Source: Mollicutes bacterium
GTDB lineage: Bacteria > Bacillota_I > Bacilli_A > RF39 > UBA660
Assembly (NCBI GenBank): GCA_012520435.1
Contig: JAAYOI010000019.1
Location: 1-62,583 of the forward strand
Reading direction: 5' to 3'
DNA length: 62,583 nucleotides
Numbering within the stretch: the first letter of the stretch is position 1; each line of letters opens with the position of its first letter. A program made the position numbers and the translations under genes. Below are positions 39,821-50,388 of the stretch, one piece after another. The notes beneath the pieces are model-generated. The model was not told the origin of the DNA, made no database searches, and saw nothing but the letters and a program-made list of their open reading frames with translations.

Positions 39821-40183
39821 ATGATAAAGAAAATATCTCGTAATAAAATGCGTAAATCTAGACATGCTCGTGTTCGTGAAAAAATAGCAGGAACTGCTAG
39901 TATTCCTAGACTTAATGTGTTTAGATCAAATAAAAATATTTTTGCGCAAATTATTGATGATGAAAAAGGTGTTACTTTAGTTAGTGCTTCATCTATTGAT
40001 AAAGAATTAAAACTTGAAAACGGGGGAAATATTGAGGCTGCTGCTAAAGTAGGTGAATTACTTGCTAAAAGAGCAAAAAAAGCCAATATTACTAAAGTTA
40101 AATTTGATAGAGGCGGATACCTATATCATGGGCGTGTTAAAGCTCTAGCTGAAGCAGCACATAATAATGGATTAGAATTCTAA
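39821..40183 (+). CDS. rplR: 50S ribosomal protein L18
   Basis: 120 aa. [31 protein letters not shown] and [19 protein letters not shown]. Confidence 0.96.
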   Translation: MIKKISRNKMRKSRHARVREKIAGTASIPRLNVFRSNKNIFAQIIDDEKGVTLVSASSIDKELKLENGGNIEAAAKVGELLAKRAKKANITKVKFDRGGYLYHGRVKALAEAAHNNGLEF

Positions 40184-40195
40184 GGAGGGTAAGAA

Positions 40196-40702
40196 ATGGA
40201 AAATAAGAGAAAAGAACCACGTCCAAAGCAATTTGAAGAAGAAATTATTAATGTTTCGAGAGTAACTAAAGTAACTAAAGGTGGTCGCCATTTCCGTTTT
40301 TCAGCTACGGTTGCTGTTGGCGATAAAAATGGTCGTGTTGGACTTGGAACTGGTAAAGCTAACGAAGTACCAGATGCTATTAAAAAGGCTGTTCAACATG
40401 CAACTAAAAATGTAATTAGAGTAGCTATTGTTGATGGTAGAACAATTCCTCATGAAGCAATTGGTGTACAAGGAGCTAGTAAAGTTTTATTAAAACCTGC
40501 TTTCAAAGGTACTGGTGTTAAAGCTGGTGGACCTGTGCGTGCTGTATTAGAACTAGCAGGTATTAAAGATGTTTTATCTAAATCACTTGGTTCGAACACT
40601 AAAATTAATGTGGCATATGCAACTCTTAATGCTTTAAAAGCTCAAAAAACAGTTGAAGAAGTTGCTAAATTACGTGGTAAAAAAGTGGAGGAGATTCTAT
40701 AA
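40196..40702 (+). CDS. rpsE: 30S ribosomal protein S5
   Basis: 168 aa. [24 protein letters not shown]. Confidence 0.96.
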   Translation: MENKRKEPRPKQFEEEIINVSRVTKVTKGGRHFRFSATVAVGDKNGRVGLGTGKANEVPDAIKKAVQHATKNVIRVAIVDGRTIPHEAIGVQGASKVLLKPAFKGTGVKAGGPVRAVLELAGIKDVLSKSLGSNTKINVAYATLNALKAQKTVEEVAKLRGKKVEEIL

Positions 40703-41145
40703 TGAAGTTACATACATTGAAACCTAATGAAGGAGCTACTAAAACCCGTAAAAGAGTTGGTCGTGGAACTAGTAGCGGTTTAGGAAAAACAAGTGGTAGA
40801 GGACACAAAGGGCAAAATGCACGTAGTGGTGGAGGCGTAAAACCAGGCTTTGAAGGTGGTCAATTAGAATTATTTAGACGCTTGCCAAAAAGAGGATTTA
40901 GTAATGCTAAGTTTAAAATACGCTATGCTATTATTAATTTAAGTGATTTAAATAAATTTGAAGATGGAGCTATTGTTACACCAGAAATATTAAAAGATAT
41001 GGGATTAATAAAGAATCAATTAGATGGTATCAAAGTATTAGGAAATGGTGTTTTAGAAAAAAAATTAACAGTAAAAGCACATAAATTTTCAAGTGTTGCT
41101 AAGGAACAAATCGAAAAAATAGGTGGAAAAGTAGAGGTGATCTAA
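40702..41145 (+). CDS. rplO: 50S ribosomal protein L15
   Basis: 147 aa. [38 protein letters not shown]. Starts 1 nt inside the rpsE stop, with no rpmD in between. Confidence 0.96.
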   Translation: MKLHTLKPNEGATKTRKRVGRGTSSGLGKTSGRGHKGQNARSGGGVKPGFEGGQLELFRRLPKRGFSNAKFKIRYAIINLSDLNKFEDGAIVTPEILKDMGLIKNQLDGIKVLGNGVLEKKLTVKAHKFSSVAKEQIEKIGGKVEVI

Positions 41146-41146
41146 A

Positions 41147-42430
41147 ATGTTTACCACTATTAAACAAGTATTTCAGCCTAAAAATAAAGATTTATTAAAA
41201 AGATTATTATTTACTTTATTTGGGCTAATAATTTATAAAATTGGAACAGCTATTGTTGTTCCAGGCATTGATAGAGCACGTTTAGGAACTGATAATCTTG
41301 GTTTTCTAGAACTTATCAATGTTATGGGTGGTGGTGCTTTAGAAAGATTCTCTATTTTTGCACTCGGTGTTATGCCTTATATTACAGCATCAATTATTAT
41401 TCAATTATTACAAATGGATATTGTTCCATATTTAGCTGAATTAGCTAAACAAGGTCATACAGGAAGAATGAAAACTAATCAAATTACTAGAATCTTAGGA
41501 ATTATTTTAGCTTTTATTCAAGGTTATATGATGTCATTTGCATTTATTAAAGGTGGAACAGTTTGGAGTTATATGCAATTTGCTACCGTTCTTACAGCTG
41601 GAACAGCATTTACTTTATGGCTTGGTGATCAAATTACGGCTAAAGGAATTGGTAATGGTATTTCACTAATAATTATGGCAGGTATTATTGCTAGTTTACC
41701 AAAAATGTTTGTTGATGCATGGAGCGGTTTAGTTGATGCAAGTAATACTCAAGGTTTATTTCTTGGTATTACCATGTTTACTTTATTTGTTTTAGTCTAT
41801 TTAACAATTATTATTGGCATTATTTATGTTGAATCAGCTGAAAGAAGAATTCCTATTCAATATGCAAACAAATCAACAGCTAGTTTAGGTAGACAAACTT
41901 ATATGCCATTTAAATTAAATTCAGCTGGTGTAGTTCCTGTTATCTTTTCATCAGCACTTATATCTATTCCAACCTTATTAGCGCGTTTTATTAAAAATGA
42001 TCAATTTAGTTTATTTATATCTAAATGGTTATCAATGAATACTATTACTGGTTTTATATTGTATATTGCTTTTATTATTGCATTTTGTTATTTTTATACC
42101 TATTTACAATTAAAACCAAAAGAAATGGCTGATAATTTACAAAAAAATGGTGGTTATATTCCTGGTATTAGACCTGGAAAAGAAACAATTGATTATGTAA
42201 GTAGAATTTTAAATAGGATAACTATTGTTGGAGCAATCTTTTTAGCAGTTATTGCTGGTCTTCCAATTGTTTTTGGAATTTTTTCTAGTTTACCAACAAG
42301 TGTTTCAATCGGTGGAACAGGATTATTAATCATTGTTGGGGTGGCTCTCGAAACATATAAACAATTAGAAAGCCAATTAGTAGCTAGAACTTATACTACT
42401 ACTCATAGTAGCAGGAGGAAACGAGGATGA
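41147..42430 (+). CDS. secY: Preprotein translocase subunit SecY
   Basis: 427 aa, 10 TM segments. GVMPYITASIIIQLL. spc operon position. Confidence 0.96.
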   Translation: MFTTIKQVFQPKNKDLLKRLLFTLFGLIIYKIGTAIVVPGIDRARLGTDNLGFLELINVMGGGALERFSIFALGVMPYITASIIIQLLQMDIVPYLAELAKQGHTGRMKTNQITRILGIILAFIQGYMMSFAFIKGGTVWSYMQFATVLTAGTAFTLWLGDQITAKGIGNGISLIIMAGIIASLPKMFVDAWSGLVDASNTQGLFLGITMFTLFVLVYLTIIIGIIYVESAERRIPIQYANKSTASLGRQTYMPFKLNSAGVVPVIFSSALISIPTLLARFIKNDQFSLFISKWLSMNTITGFILYIAFIIAFCYFYTYLQLKPKEMADNLQKNGGYIPGIRPGKETIDYVSRILNRITIVGAIFLAVIAGLPIVFGIFSSLPTSVSIGGTGLLIIVGVALETYKQLESQLVARTYTTTHSSRRKRG

Positions 42431-43098
42431 AAAATATTATTTTTGTAGCTCCACCAGCTGCTGGAAAAGGAACGTTAGCTAATTTATTAAAAGGGAAGTA
42501 CCATATTCCTCATATTTCTACTGGCGATATTCTTCGTAGTGAGATAGAAAAAGGCGGAAAATATGCTGAATACATAAAAGAACAAATAAATCTTGGTAAA
42601 CTTGTAAGTGATGATATAATTTTTGAATTATTAACTGAAAGATTAAGTCAAAGTGATTGTGATAATGGATATATCCTTGATGGCTTCCCTCGCAATCTAA
42701 AACAAGCTGAAGCATATGATGAAATACTTAAAAAATTAAATAAAGATATAGGATATGTTATTGTTTTAGATATTGATAAAGAAATTGCCAAAAAAAGAAT
42801 AATAGGCCGATTAAATTGCTCAAATTGTGGCGCTGTTTATAACTATATGTTTGAAGAAATGAAACCGAAAAAAGAAGGAATATGTGATGTGTGTAATAAT
42901 CTTTTAAAAAGAAGAGATGATGACAACGAAGAAACCTTTAATAAGCGTTATGAAACATATCTCGAACAAACTGAACCAATTATCAAATATTATGAAGATA
43001 AAGGTGTATTATATCGTATCAATAGTGGCAAGGGTAAAGAATATGCTTTTACTGAAATTGAAAAGATTATCAATCAGAAGGAGTTAAACAGTGATTAA
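42427..43098 (+). CDS. adk: Adenylate kinase (zinc-lid type)
   Basis: 223 aa. P-loop APPAAGKGT and lid CSNCG...CDVC. Confidence 0.95.
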   Translation: MKNIIFVAPPAAGKGTLANLLKGKYHIPHISTGDILRSEIEKGGKYAEYIKEQINLGKLVSDDIIFELLTERLSQSDCDNGYILDGFPRNLKQAEAYDEILKKLNKDIGYVIVLDIDKEIAKKRIIGRLNCSNCGAVYNYMFEEMKPKKEGICDVCNNLLKRRDDDNEETFNKRYETYLEQTEPIIKYYEDKGVLYRINSGKGKEYAFTEIEKIINQKELNSD

Positions 43099-43837
43099 TA
43101 TTAGAACCCCTGACGAAATAAAATTATTAAAAAAAGCAGGAGAAATTGTAGGTAATACACATAAGCATTTACAACAATATATTAAACCTGGTATTACGAC
43201 AAAAGAATTAGATGAAATAGCGTATAATTTTATCATTAATTCTGATGCAATTCCTTCTTTTAAGGGTTATGATGGTTTTCCATGTTCTATTTGTACATCT
43301 ATAAATGAAGAAGTTGTACATGGCATTCCTTCTAATCGTAAATTACAAGAAGGGGATATTGTTTCTATAGATATTGGGGTATGTTATAAAGGATATCATA
43401 GTGATTCAGCTTGGACTTATCCTGTTAGTAAAATTGATACCGATAAACAATATCTATTAGAACACACCGAAAAAGCTTTATTTGTTGGTCTAAGTGTTAT
43501 TAAAGAAGGGATAAGAGTTGGCGATATTGGCAATGCCATCGAAGAATATATAAAGAAACATAATTTAGGAATTGTTCGTGAATTTGTTGGGCATGGGGTT
43601 GGTCAAAAATTACATGAATTACCCGATATTCCTAATTATGGAAAGAAGAATACAGGACCTATTTTAAAAGAAGGAATGGTTATTGCTGTAGAACCGATGA
43701 TCAATTTAGGAACCGATGAAATTCTTATTTTAGATAATGGTTGGACGGTTATTACAGCCGATAATAAACCATCTGCTCACTTTGAACATACTGTTTTAGT
43801 CACTAAAAATGGATATATAATTTTAACAAAGAGGTGA
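43091..43837 (+). CDS. map: Type I methionine aminopeptidase
   Basis: 248 aa, GTG start after an AAGGAG SD. Metal ligands lie in [21 protein letters not shown] and EHTV. Confidence 0.93.
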   Translation: MINIRTPDEIKLLKKAGEIVGNTHKHLQQYIKPGITTKELDEIAYNFIINSDAIPSFKGYDGFPCSICTSINEEVVHGIPSNRKLQEGDIVSIDIGVCYKGYHSDSAWTYPVSKIDTDKQYLLEHTEKALFVGLSVIKEGIRVGDIGNAIEEYIKKHNLGIVREFVGHGVGQKLHELPDIPNYGKKNTGPILKEGMVIAVEPMINLGTDEILILDNGWTVITADNKPSAHFEHTVLVTKNGYIILTKR

Positions 43838-43841
43838 TTTA

Positions 43842-44057
43842 ATGGCAAAAGAGGGTACTATCGAAGTAGAGGGTAAAGTATTAGAGATATTACCAGGAGG
43901 ATTATTCAAAGTCGAACTCGAAAACAAGCACACTGTAATTGCTCACGTTTCTGGTAAAATCCGAATGAATTACATTCGCATTTTACTAGGTGATACAGTT
44001 GTGTTAGAACTATCGCCATATGATTTAACACGTGGGCGCATAACCTATAGAAAGTAA
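43842..44057 (+). CDS. infA: Translation initiation factor IF-1
   Basis: 71 aa. [30 protein letters not shown]. Confidence 0.97.
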   Translation: MAKEGTIEVEGKVLEILPGGLFKVELENKHTVIAHVSGKIRMNYIRILLGDTVVLELSPYDLTRGRITYRK

Positions 44058-44071
44058 TAGGAGGGATTTTA

Positions 44072-44185
44072 ATGAAAGTAAAACCATCTGTTAAAAAAAT
44101 TTGTGATAAGTGTAAAATTATTAGACGTAAAGGAAAAATATATGTAATATGCTCTAATCCAAAGCATAAGCAAAGACAAGGATAA
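44072..44185 (+). CDS. rpmJ: 50S ribosomal protein L36 (not in the ORF track)
   Basis: [37 protein letters not shown], 37 aa. GGAGGG SD. Confidence 0.95.
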   Translation: MKVKPSVKKICDKCKIIRRKGKIYVICSNPKHKQRQG

Positions 44186-44199
44186 TAGGAGGTGTTTTA

Positions 44200-44571
44200 A
44201 TGGCACGTATTAAAGGTGTTGAATTACCTAATGAAAAAAGAATTGAAATCGCATTAACTTATATTTATGGTATTGGAAGAAATTTAGCCAATAAAATTTT
44301 AAAGGAAGCTAATGTTGATAAAGATAAAAAAGCTGGTGAATTAGATAGTGACGAAATTGTACGTATTCGTCATGAAGTTAATAAATATTTAACTGAAGGT
44401 GACTTACGTCGTGAAGTAACTATGAATATTAAAAGAAAAATGGAAATTAATTGTTATCAAGGTGTTCGTCACAAAAAAGGTTTACCAGTAAGAGGACAAC
44501 GTACTAACCGAAATGCTAGAACTCGTAAAGGTAGAGGAAAAGTAGTAGCTAATAAGAAGAAAACTGGTTAA
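44200..44571 (+). CDS. rpsM: 30S ribosomal protein S13
   Basis: 123 aa. [26 protein letters not shown]. Confidence 0.97.
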   Translation: MARIKGVELPNEKRIEIALTYIYGIGRNLANKILKEANVDKDKKAGELDSDEIVRIRHEVNKYLTEGDLRREVTMNIKRKMEINCYQGVRHKKGLPVRGQRTNRNARTRKGRGKVVANKKKTG

Positions 44572-44589
44572 TAAAAAGGAGGTTATGAA

Positions 44590-44973
44590 ATGGCTTATAA
44601 AGCAAGAAAACGTAAAGTTAAAAAGAATGTACCAGAAGGTTGTGCCTATATTCATTCAACTTTTAATAATACGATTGTTACGATCACTGATAAAGAGGGG
44701 AATGCTATTAGTTGGGCATCAGCTGGAACTTTAGGTTTTAAAGGTACTAAAAAATCAACACCATATGCTGCTGGTATATCAGCTGAAGCAGCTGGAAGAG
44801 CAGCTGTTGATATGGGGATGAAGAAAGTTGAAGTGTTTGTTAAAGGATTAGGTTCTGGTCGTGAAACGGCAATTCGTTCATTACAAACAGCTGGGCTAGA
44901 AATAACTTCAATATCAGATGTAACACCGATACCACATAATGGATGTCGTCCACCAAAACGTCCACGTGGATAA
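44590..44973 (+). CDS. rpsK: 30S ribosomal protein S11
   Basis: 127 aa. [26 protein letters not shown] and [12 protein letters not shown]. Confidence 0.97.
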   Translation: MAYKARKRKVKKNVPEGCAYIHSTFNNTIVTITDKEGNAISWASAGTLGFKGTKKSTPYAAGISAEAAGRAAVDMGMKKVEVFVKGLGSGRETAIRSLQTAGLEITSISDVTPIPHNGCRPPKRPRG

Positions 44974-44993
44974 AAGAAAAGGAGTGTGTTAAC

Positions 44994-45944
44994 ATGTTAA
45001 ATTTTGAAAAACCAATATATAAAATAACGGAATATATTGAAAATAATAATTATGGAAAATTTGAATTAGAACCTTTAGAAAGAGGATTTGGTACGACAAT
45101 TGGTAATGCCCTTAGAAGAGTTATGCTATCAAGTATGCCGGGCAGTGCAATTATAGCTGTCAAGATTGATGGCGTTATGCATGAATTTCAAACTATTGAA
45201 GGAGTAGTAGAAGACGTAACCGCTATTATTTTAAATTTAAAAAGTGTTGTTATAAAGAATCATTCTAATGAACAAAAAATTATGAGATTATCAGCTAATA
45301 AAGAAGGTGTTGTTACAGCTGGTGATATAGAAGCTGATCCAGATATTGAAATTATTAATAAAAATCAAGTAATTGCTACCTTAGCTGAAGGTGGTAAATT
45401 AGATATGGAAATGATTGTGTCTAATGGATGCGGTTATGTTCCAACTAATGAAAATAAAAAACATATTGAAAATATGAAAATAGGATACATTCCAATGGAT
45501 GCTATTTATTCACCAATTGAAAGAATTAGTTATGAAGTTGAAAGTGCCAGAGTTGGTCAAGATGCTAATTATGATAAACTAATTCTTCATGTGTATACTA
45601 ATGGTTCAATTCGCCCTGAAGATGCAGTTGCTTTAGCAGCTAAAATATTAATTGAACATTTCAATATTTTAACTAACTTAAGTGAAATTGCTGATATAAC
45701 TGGTATTATGATAGCAAAACAAGAAGATAGTAAACTTAAAAAATTAGAAATGTCAATTGATGATTTAGATCTTTCAGTTCGTGCTTATAATTGCTTAAAG
45801 AGGGCAAGTATTAGTACTTTAGGCGACTTAATAGAAAAAACGGAAATAGAAATGATGAAAATCCGTAACTTAGGTAAGAAATCATTAAAAGAAGTAACGG
45901 ATAAAATTAAAGAACTTGGATTAAAATTCCGTGATGAGGACTAA
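44994..45944 (+). CDS. rpoA: DNA-directed RNA polymerase subunit alpha
   Basis: Start ATG 44994 ([11 protein letters not shown]..., AAGGAG SD). [17 protein letters not shown] and a C-terminal domain with [12 protein letters not shown]. Confidence 0.96.
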   Translation: MLNFEKPIYKITEYIENNNYGKFELEPLERGFGTTIGNALRRVMLSSMPGSAIIAVKIDGVMHEFQTIEGVVEDVTAIILNLKSVVIKNHSNEQKIMRLSANKEGVVTAGDIEADPDIEIINKNQVIATLAEGGKLDMEMIVSNGCGYVPTNENKKHIENMKIGYIPMDAIYSPIERISYEVESARVGQDANYDKLILHVYTNGSIRPEDAVALAAKILIEHFNILTNLSEIADITGIMIAKQEDSKLKKLEMSIDDLDLSVRAYNCLKRASISTLGDLIEKTEIEMMKIRNLGKKSLKEVTDKIKELGLKFRDED

Positions 45945-45961
45945 TAGGTAGGAGGAATAAT

Positions 45962-46315
45962 ATGTACAGAAAATTAGGACGTACTAACAAACATAGAAGA
46001 AGTATGCTAGCTAATTTAACAAGAGACCTAATTATGAATGAAAGAATTGAAACAACTGAAATGAGAGCTAAAGAAGTACGTAAATTTGCCGATAAAATGA
46101 TTACTTATGGTAAAGAAGGATCTTTAGTATCTCGTCGTAAAGTCCTAGCATTCTTCCATAATGATAATGAAGTAACTAAAAAGATATTTGATGAACTTGC
46201 TAAAAGATATGCTAATAGAAATGGCGGATATACAAGAATTTTAAAATTAACAGAACGTCGTGGTGACGATGCACTTATGGTAATATTAGAATTAGTAGAA
46301 GAAGATGTCAAATAG
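45962..46315 (+). CDS. rplQ: 50S ribosomal protein L17
   Basis: 117 aa. [24 protein letters not shown]. Confidence 0.96.
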   Translation: MYRKLGRTNKHRRSMLANLTRDLIMNERIETTEMRAKEVRKFADKMITYGKEGSLVSRRKVLAFFHNDNEVTKKIFDELAKRYANRNGGYTRILKLTERRGDDALMVILELVEEDVK

Positions 46316-46380
46316 GCATCTTTTTTTGTGATTTGTTTTATTCAATTAAATATTATATAATTAGTAAAGTAGGTGATAAT

Positions 46381-47133
46381 ATGAAGGCATTAATAACTGG
46401 AGCAAGTTCAGGAATTGGAGTTGATATGGCTAGAATTTTAAGTAGTAAAGGATATGATTTGATTTTAGTGGCTCGTAATAAGAGAAAATTAGAAAAATTA
46501 AAAAAAGAAATGACAACTAATGTTGAAATAATTATACATGATTTATCTAGTACTTTTAATTGTATGGAATTATATAATAAAGTTAAAAATGAAGATATCG
46601 AAATAGTTATCAATAATGCAGGTTTTGGTGTATATGGTGAATTTTTTGAAACTAGTTTAGATAAAGAGTTAGATATGGTTGATTTAAATATTAAAGCAGT
46701 TCATATCTTAACCAAGCTATTTTTAAGAGATTTTAAAAAGAAAAATCATGGATATATTTTAAATGTTTCATCTTTAGCAGCTTTTGCACCTGGGCCATTA
46801 ATGGCTAGTTATTATGCCACTAAAGCTTATGTGTTAAAATTAACAGAAGCAATATATGAGGAATTAAGACAAGAAGGTAGTAACATTTATATTGGAGCAT
46901 TATGTCCTGGACCAGTTACCACCAATTTTAATAAAATTGCAGGCATTAAAAAAGCAATGAATGCTTTACCAAGTTATGTAGTTGCAGAATATACTATAAA
47001 GAAAATGTTTAAAAGAAAAACAATTATTATTCCTGGTAAACTAACAAAAATGGTTAGATATATTAATATTTTGTTACCAAATAAGACTTTATCGAGATTT
47101 GTGTATATTATACAAAAAAGAAAGAATAATTAA
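46381..47133 (+). CDS. Short-chain dehydrogenase/reductase (SDR) family oxidoreductase
   Basis: Start ATG 46381 (MKALITGASSGIG). NNAG and the catalytic YYATKAY. Confidence 0.85.
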   Translation: MKALITGASSGIGVDMARILSSKGYDLILVARNKRKLEKLKKEMTTNVEIIIHDLSSTFNCMELYNKVKNEDIEIVINNAGFGVYGEFFETSLDKELDMVDLNIKAVHILTKLFLRDFKKKNHGYILNVSSLAAFAPGPLMASYYATKAYVLKLTEAIYEELRQEGSNIYIGALCPGPVTTNFNKIAGIKKAMNALPSYVVAEYTIKKMFKRKTIIIPGKLTKMVRYINILLPNKTLSRFVYIIQKRKNN

Positions 47134-47146
47134 TTTTTATTCTTTT
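47117..47146 (+). terminator. Possible terminator after the SDR gene
   Basis: AAAGAATAA-TTAATTT-TTATTCTTT plus TTT. Confidence 0.5.
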
Positions 47147-47218
47147 TTCTTGTATTAAAATTAAAAGTTGTAAAAAGTAATAGTTTATATTATAATATTG
47201 ATATTGCGTGGTGATATT

Positions 47219-48028
47219 ATGAACGACCTAATAATTATTAAAGATTTAACTTTTTGCTATGATAAAGAATATATTTTTAGTCGTTTTAATTTAAATATAA
47301 AAGAAAATAGTTGGGTAACTTTAGTTGGACCTAATGGTAGTGGTAAAAGTACTTTAATTAAAATATTATTAGGTTTATATAAATTTGATGGATATATTAG
47401 TATTTGTCAAAAAATTTTAAATACTGAAAATCTTCGTGAAATTAGAAGTAAAATAGGAGTTGTTTTTGAAAATCCCGATAATTGTTTTGTAGCTGAAACA
47501 GTTATGGATGAAATAGCGTTTTCTTTGGAAAATTTAGAAATCCCTAAAAAAGAAATTAAGAAGAGAATTATTGAAGTAGCTAATCTTTTACGTATAACCA
47601 ATATTTTAGAAAAAAATCCTCATGCTTTAAGTGGTGGACAAAAACAATTAGTTGCATTGGCATCAGCATTAGCACTTGAGCCTAAAATATTAATTTTAGA
47701 TGAAGCATTAACTAAAATTGATAATCAAGATAAAATGAGGATTTTAGAAATTATAAAACAACTTCATCACGAAAAAAAGATGACGATTGTTAATGCCACC
47801 CATGATATTGAAGAAGCCGTTTATGGTGATGATATTATTGTTATAGATAAAGGTAAAATTGTATTAAAAGGACCAAAAGAATTAGTTTTAAAAGAAGAAA
47901 AGATTTTTCGTGAATTAGGTTTAGGACTACCTTTTATGGCTTCCCTATCACTGAAATTGCAATATTACAATTTGATTGATAAAATGATATTAGATATGGA
48001 TGAGTTGGTGAATGTCCTATGGAAATAA
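47219..48028 (+). CDS. ecfA1: Energy-coupling factor transporter ATPase EcfA1
   Basis: Start ATG 47219 (MNDLIIIKDLTF). GPNGSGKST, LSGGQKQ, LILDEA. Confidence 0.92.
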   Translation: MNDLIIIKDLTFCYDKEYIFSRFNLNIKENSWVTLVGPNGSGKSTLIKILLGLYKFDGYISICQKILNTENLREIRSKIGVVFENPDNCFVAETVMDEIAFSLENLEIPKKEIKKRIIEVANLLRITNILEKNPHALSGGQKQLVALASALALEPKILILDEALTKIDNQDKMRILEIIKQLHHEKKMTIVNATHDIEEAVYGDDIIVIDKGKIVLKGPKELVLKEEKIFRELGLGLPFMASLSLKLQYYNLIDKMILDMDELVNVLWK

Positions 48029-48870
48029 AATTTAATCAAGTGGGATATTGTTATAATGAACAAACACCACTCCAAAAAGAAGTATTAAAAGATATTAATA
48101 TTGCAATTATCGAAGGAAAAATAAATGGTATTTTTGGTAAAAGTGGTAGCGGGAAGACAACTTTAGTAGAAATGATTAATGCCTTACTTATTCCAACCGT
48201 TGGTCATATTAAAGTAGATAATTATATTATTGAAAAAAATAAAAAAATCGTTAATGTAAATACTCTTCGTTGTAAGGTTGGAATTGTTTTTGAAAATCCT
48301 GAAGATCAATTTTTTAATACAACAGTAAAAAAAGAAATAGAATTTGGGATGAAATATTTTAATTATAAAACTGATAAAATAGAAGATAGAATAATAGATG
48401 CCTTAAAAATGGTTGGGTTAGATGAAACTTTTCTTGAGCGCGATCCTTTTTCTTTAAGTAGTGGTGAAAAAAGGAAAGTAGCTATTGCTTCTATTTTAAC
48501 TTTTAATCCTAAAGTAATTATCTTTGATGAACCAACTTTGGGATTAGATTATAATAGTAAAGTCAATTTAATAAGAATTATCAAAATGTTAAAAAACAAA
48601 TATAATAAAACGATCATTATTACTACTCATGATGTTGATTTATTACATCAATTAGCTGATTATATCTTTGTTTTACATAATAAAAAAGTAGTTATGGAAG
48701 GTAATAAAAATGATATTTTTTCAAGAGTAGATGAACTAAAAAAATATGATTTACCTGTTCCAAAAATAATTGAGTTTGCTAATAAGGTTTATATTCAAAA
48801 AAATATTAAAATGGGTTATCGGGATGACATTAATGATTTAATAAAGGATATATATCGTTATGTTAAATAA
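48019..48870 (+). CDS. ecfA2: Energy-coupling factor transporter ATPase EcfA2
   Basis: 283 aa. GKSGSGKTT, LSSGEKRK, IIFDEPT. Confidence 0.92.
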   Translation: MEIKFNQVGYCYNEQTPLQKEVLKDINIAIIEGKINGIFGKSGSGKTTLVEMINALLIPTVGHIKVDNYIIEKNKKIVNVNTLRCKVGIVFENPEDQFFNTTVKKEIEFGMKYFNYKTDKIEDRIIDALKMVGLDETFLERDPFSLSSGEKRKVAIASILTFNPKVIIFDEPTLGLDYNSKVNLIRIIKMLKNKYNKTIIITTHDVDLLHQLADYIFVLHNKKVVMEGNKNDIFSRVDELKKYDLPVPKIIEFANKVYIQKNIKMGYRDDINDLIKDIYRYVK

Positions 48871-49615
48871 TGTTATGATTGGTCGTTATTATCCTATAAA
48901 ATCATGCATCCACCGAATGAACCCATTATCTAAAATAATATGTACTGTTATCTTTATTATAACAACCTTTATTAGCCATAATTTAGTTTTCAACCTTTCC
49001 TTACTAGCACTTACTATATTAATTGTAATGATGACACATATTCCTTTAAAAATATATATTAGAACTTTACTTAGTTTAAAAATATTAATGATTTTTATAA
49101 TTGTTATAAATCTTATTTTAAAAGTTGATATAATTATAACAATAATAACTATTATTAGATTAACAAGTATTGTTTTATATTCAACCGTATTAACCTTAAC
49201 AACACCACCAACCGAAATAACTTATGGTTTAGAATTATTTTTTACACCACTTCGCATTATTGGTATACCAGTAAATAAGATGGCTTTATCAATTAGTTTA
49301 GCTATTCGTTTTATTCCTAATATTATCGATCAAGGGAATAAAATATTAAAATCACAAGCAAGCCGTGGTGTAGATTATTATAATTCTAATTTAGGTGGTA
49401 AGATTTTGGCTATTCAATCAATGTTAATACCGATGTTTATTTTATCTTTTAGAAGAGCTGATGAATTAGCTGATTCGATGGCCGTAAGACTTTATAATAT
49501 TAATCGCAAAAGAACTAATTATCGTATTAATAAATGGGGGCTTTTTGATACTTATATGGTTTTAATACATTTAACTCTCCTAATAGCAATAATAACGAAA
49601 GAGGTAATTTTATGA
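48860..49615 (+). CDS. ecfT: Energy-coupling factor transporter transmembrane subunit EcfT
   Basis: 251 aa, multi-TM. ...SLAIRFIP...SQASRG. ecfA-ecfA'-ecfT order. Confidence 0.9.
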   Translation: MLNNVMIGRYYPIKSCIHRMNPLSKIICTVIFIITTFISHNLVFNLSLLALTILIVMMTHIPLKIYIRTLLSLKILMIFIIVINLILKVDIIITIITIIRLTSIVLYSTVLTLTTPPTEITYGLELFFTPLRIIGIPVNKMALSISLAIRFIPNIIDQGNKILKSQASRGVDYYNSNLGGKILAIQSMLIPMFILSFRRADELADSMAVRLYNINRKRTNYRINKWGLFDTYMVLIHLTLLIAIITKEVIL

Positions 49616-50358
49616 GGTATTTAATGACGTTTGCTTATGATGGTTCTAAATATAAAGGTTTTCAAAAACAACCAAAAGCTAAAACAATTCAAGGAGAAAT
49701 TGAGAAGGCTTTAAAAATTTTAAATAATGATGAAAAAGTGGAAATACATGCCAGTGGAAGAACTGATGCTGGGGTTCATGCTTTAAACCAAAAAGCACAC
49801 TTTGATATGGATTTAAAAATGCCTATTGAAAAATTACAAAAAGCCTTAAATAGCTTACTGCCTAATGATATATATGTAAAAAGTATTGTTGAAGTAAGTG
49901 ATACTTTTCATGCTCGTTATAATGTTAAAGCTAAAGAATATATATATAAAATTAATATGGGGGAATATAATCCTATTGAAAAAGATTATGTATATCAATA
50001 TAATAAACGTTTAGATGTTGTAGAAATGGAAAGAGCTTTAAAATACTTGGAAGGAACCCATAATTTTAAATCTTTTTCTAAAAGTGATGAAGAAAAAGAA
50101 AATGAAGATTATATTAGAACAATTGTTCAAACAAATATGATTAGAGATGTTAAAAATGTTAATTTAATAACAATATCATTATTAGGAACTGGATTTTTAA
50201 GATATATGGTTAGAAATATAGTAGGAACATTGATTGAAATTGGTGAAGGAAAAAGAAAAAGTGAAGAAATTATTGATGTTTTGAATGCAATGGATCGTAG
50301 CAAGGCAGGCAAAACAGCTAATCCAGAAGGATTATATTTAAAAGATGTATATTACTAA
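49612..50358 (+). CDS. truA: tRNA pseudouridine(38-40) synthase TruA
   Basis: 248 aa. MRYLMTFAYDGSKYKGFQ and the catalytic GRTDAGVHA. Confidence 0.94.
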   Translation: MRYLMTFAYDGSKYKGFQKQPKAKTIQGEIEKALKILNNDEKVEIHASGRTDAGVHALNQKAHFDMDLKMPIEKLQKALNSLLPNDIYVKSIVEVSDTFHARYNVKAKEYIYKINMGEYNPIEKDYVYQYNKRLDVVEMERALKYLEGTHNFKSFSKSDEEKENEDYIRTIVQTNMIRDVKNVNLITISLLGTGFLRYMVRNIVGTLIEIGEGKRKSEEIIDVLNAMDRSKAGKTANPEGLYLKDVYY

Positions 50359-50388
50359 AAAATAGATACATTTAAGTATCTATTTTTT
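50357..50388. terminator. Bidirectional terminator between the convergent truA and lipoprotein genes
   Basis: AAAAAATAGATAC-ATTTAA-GTATCTATTTTTT. Confidence 0.7.
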
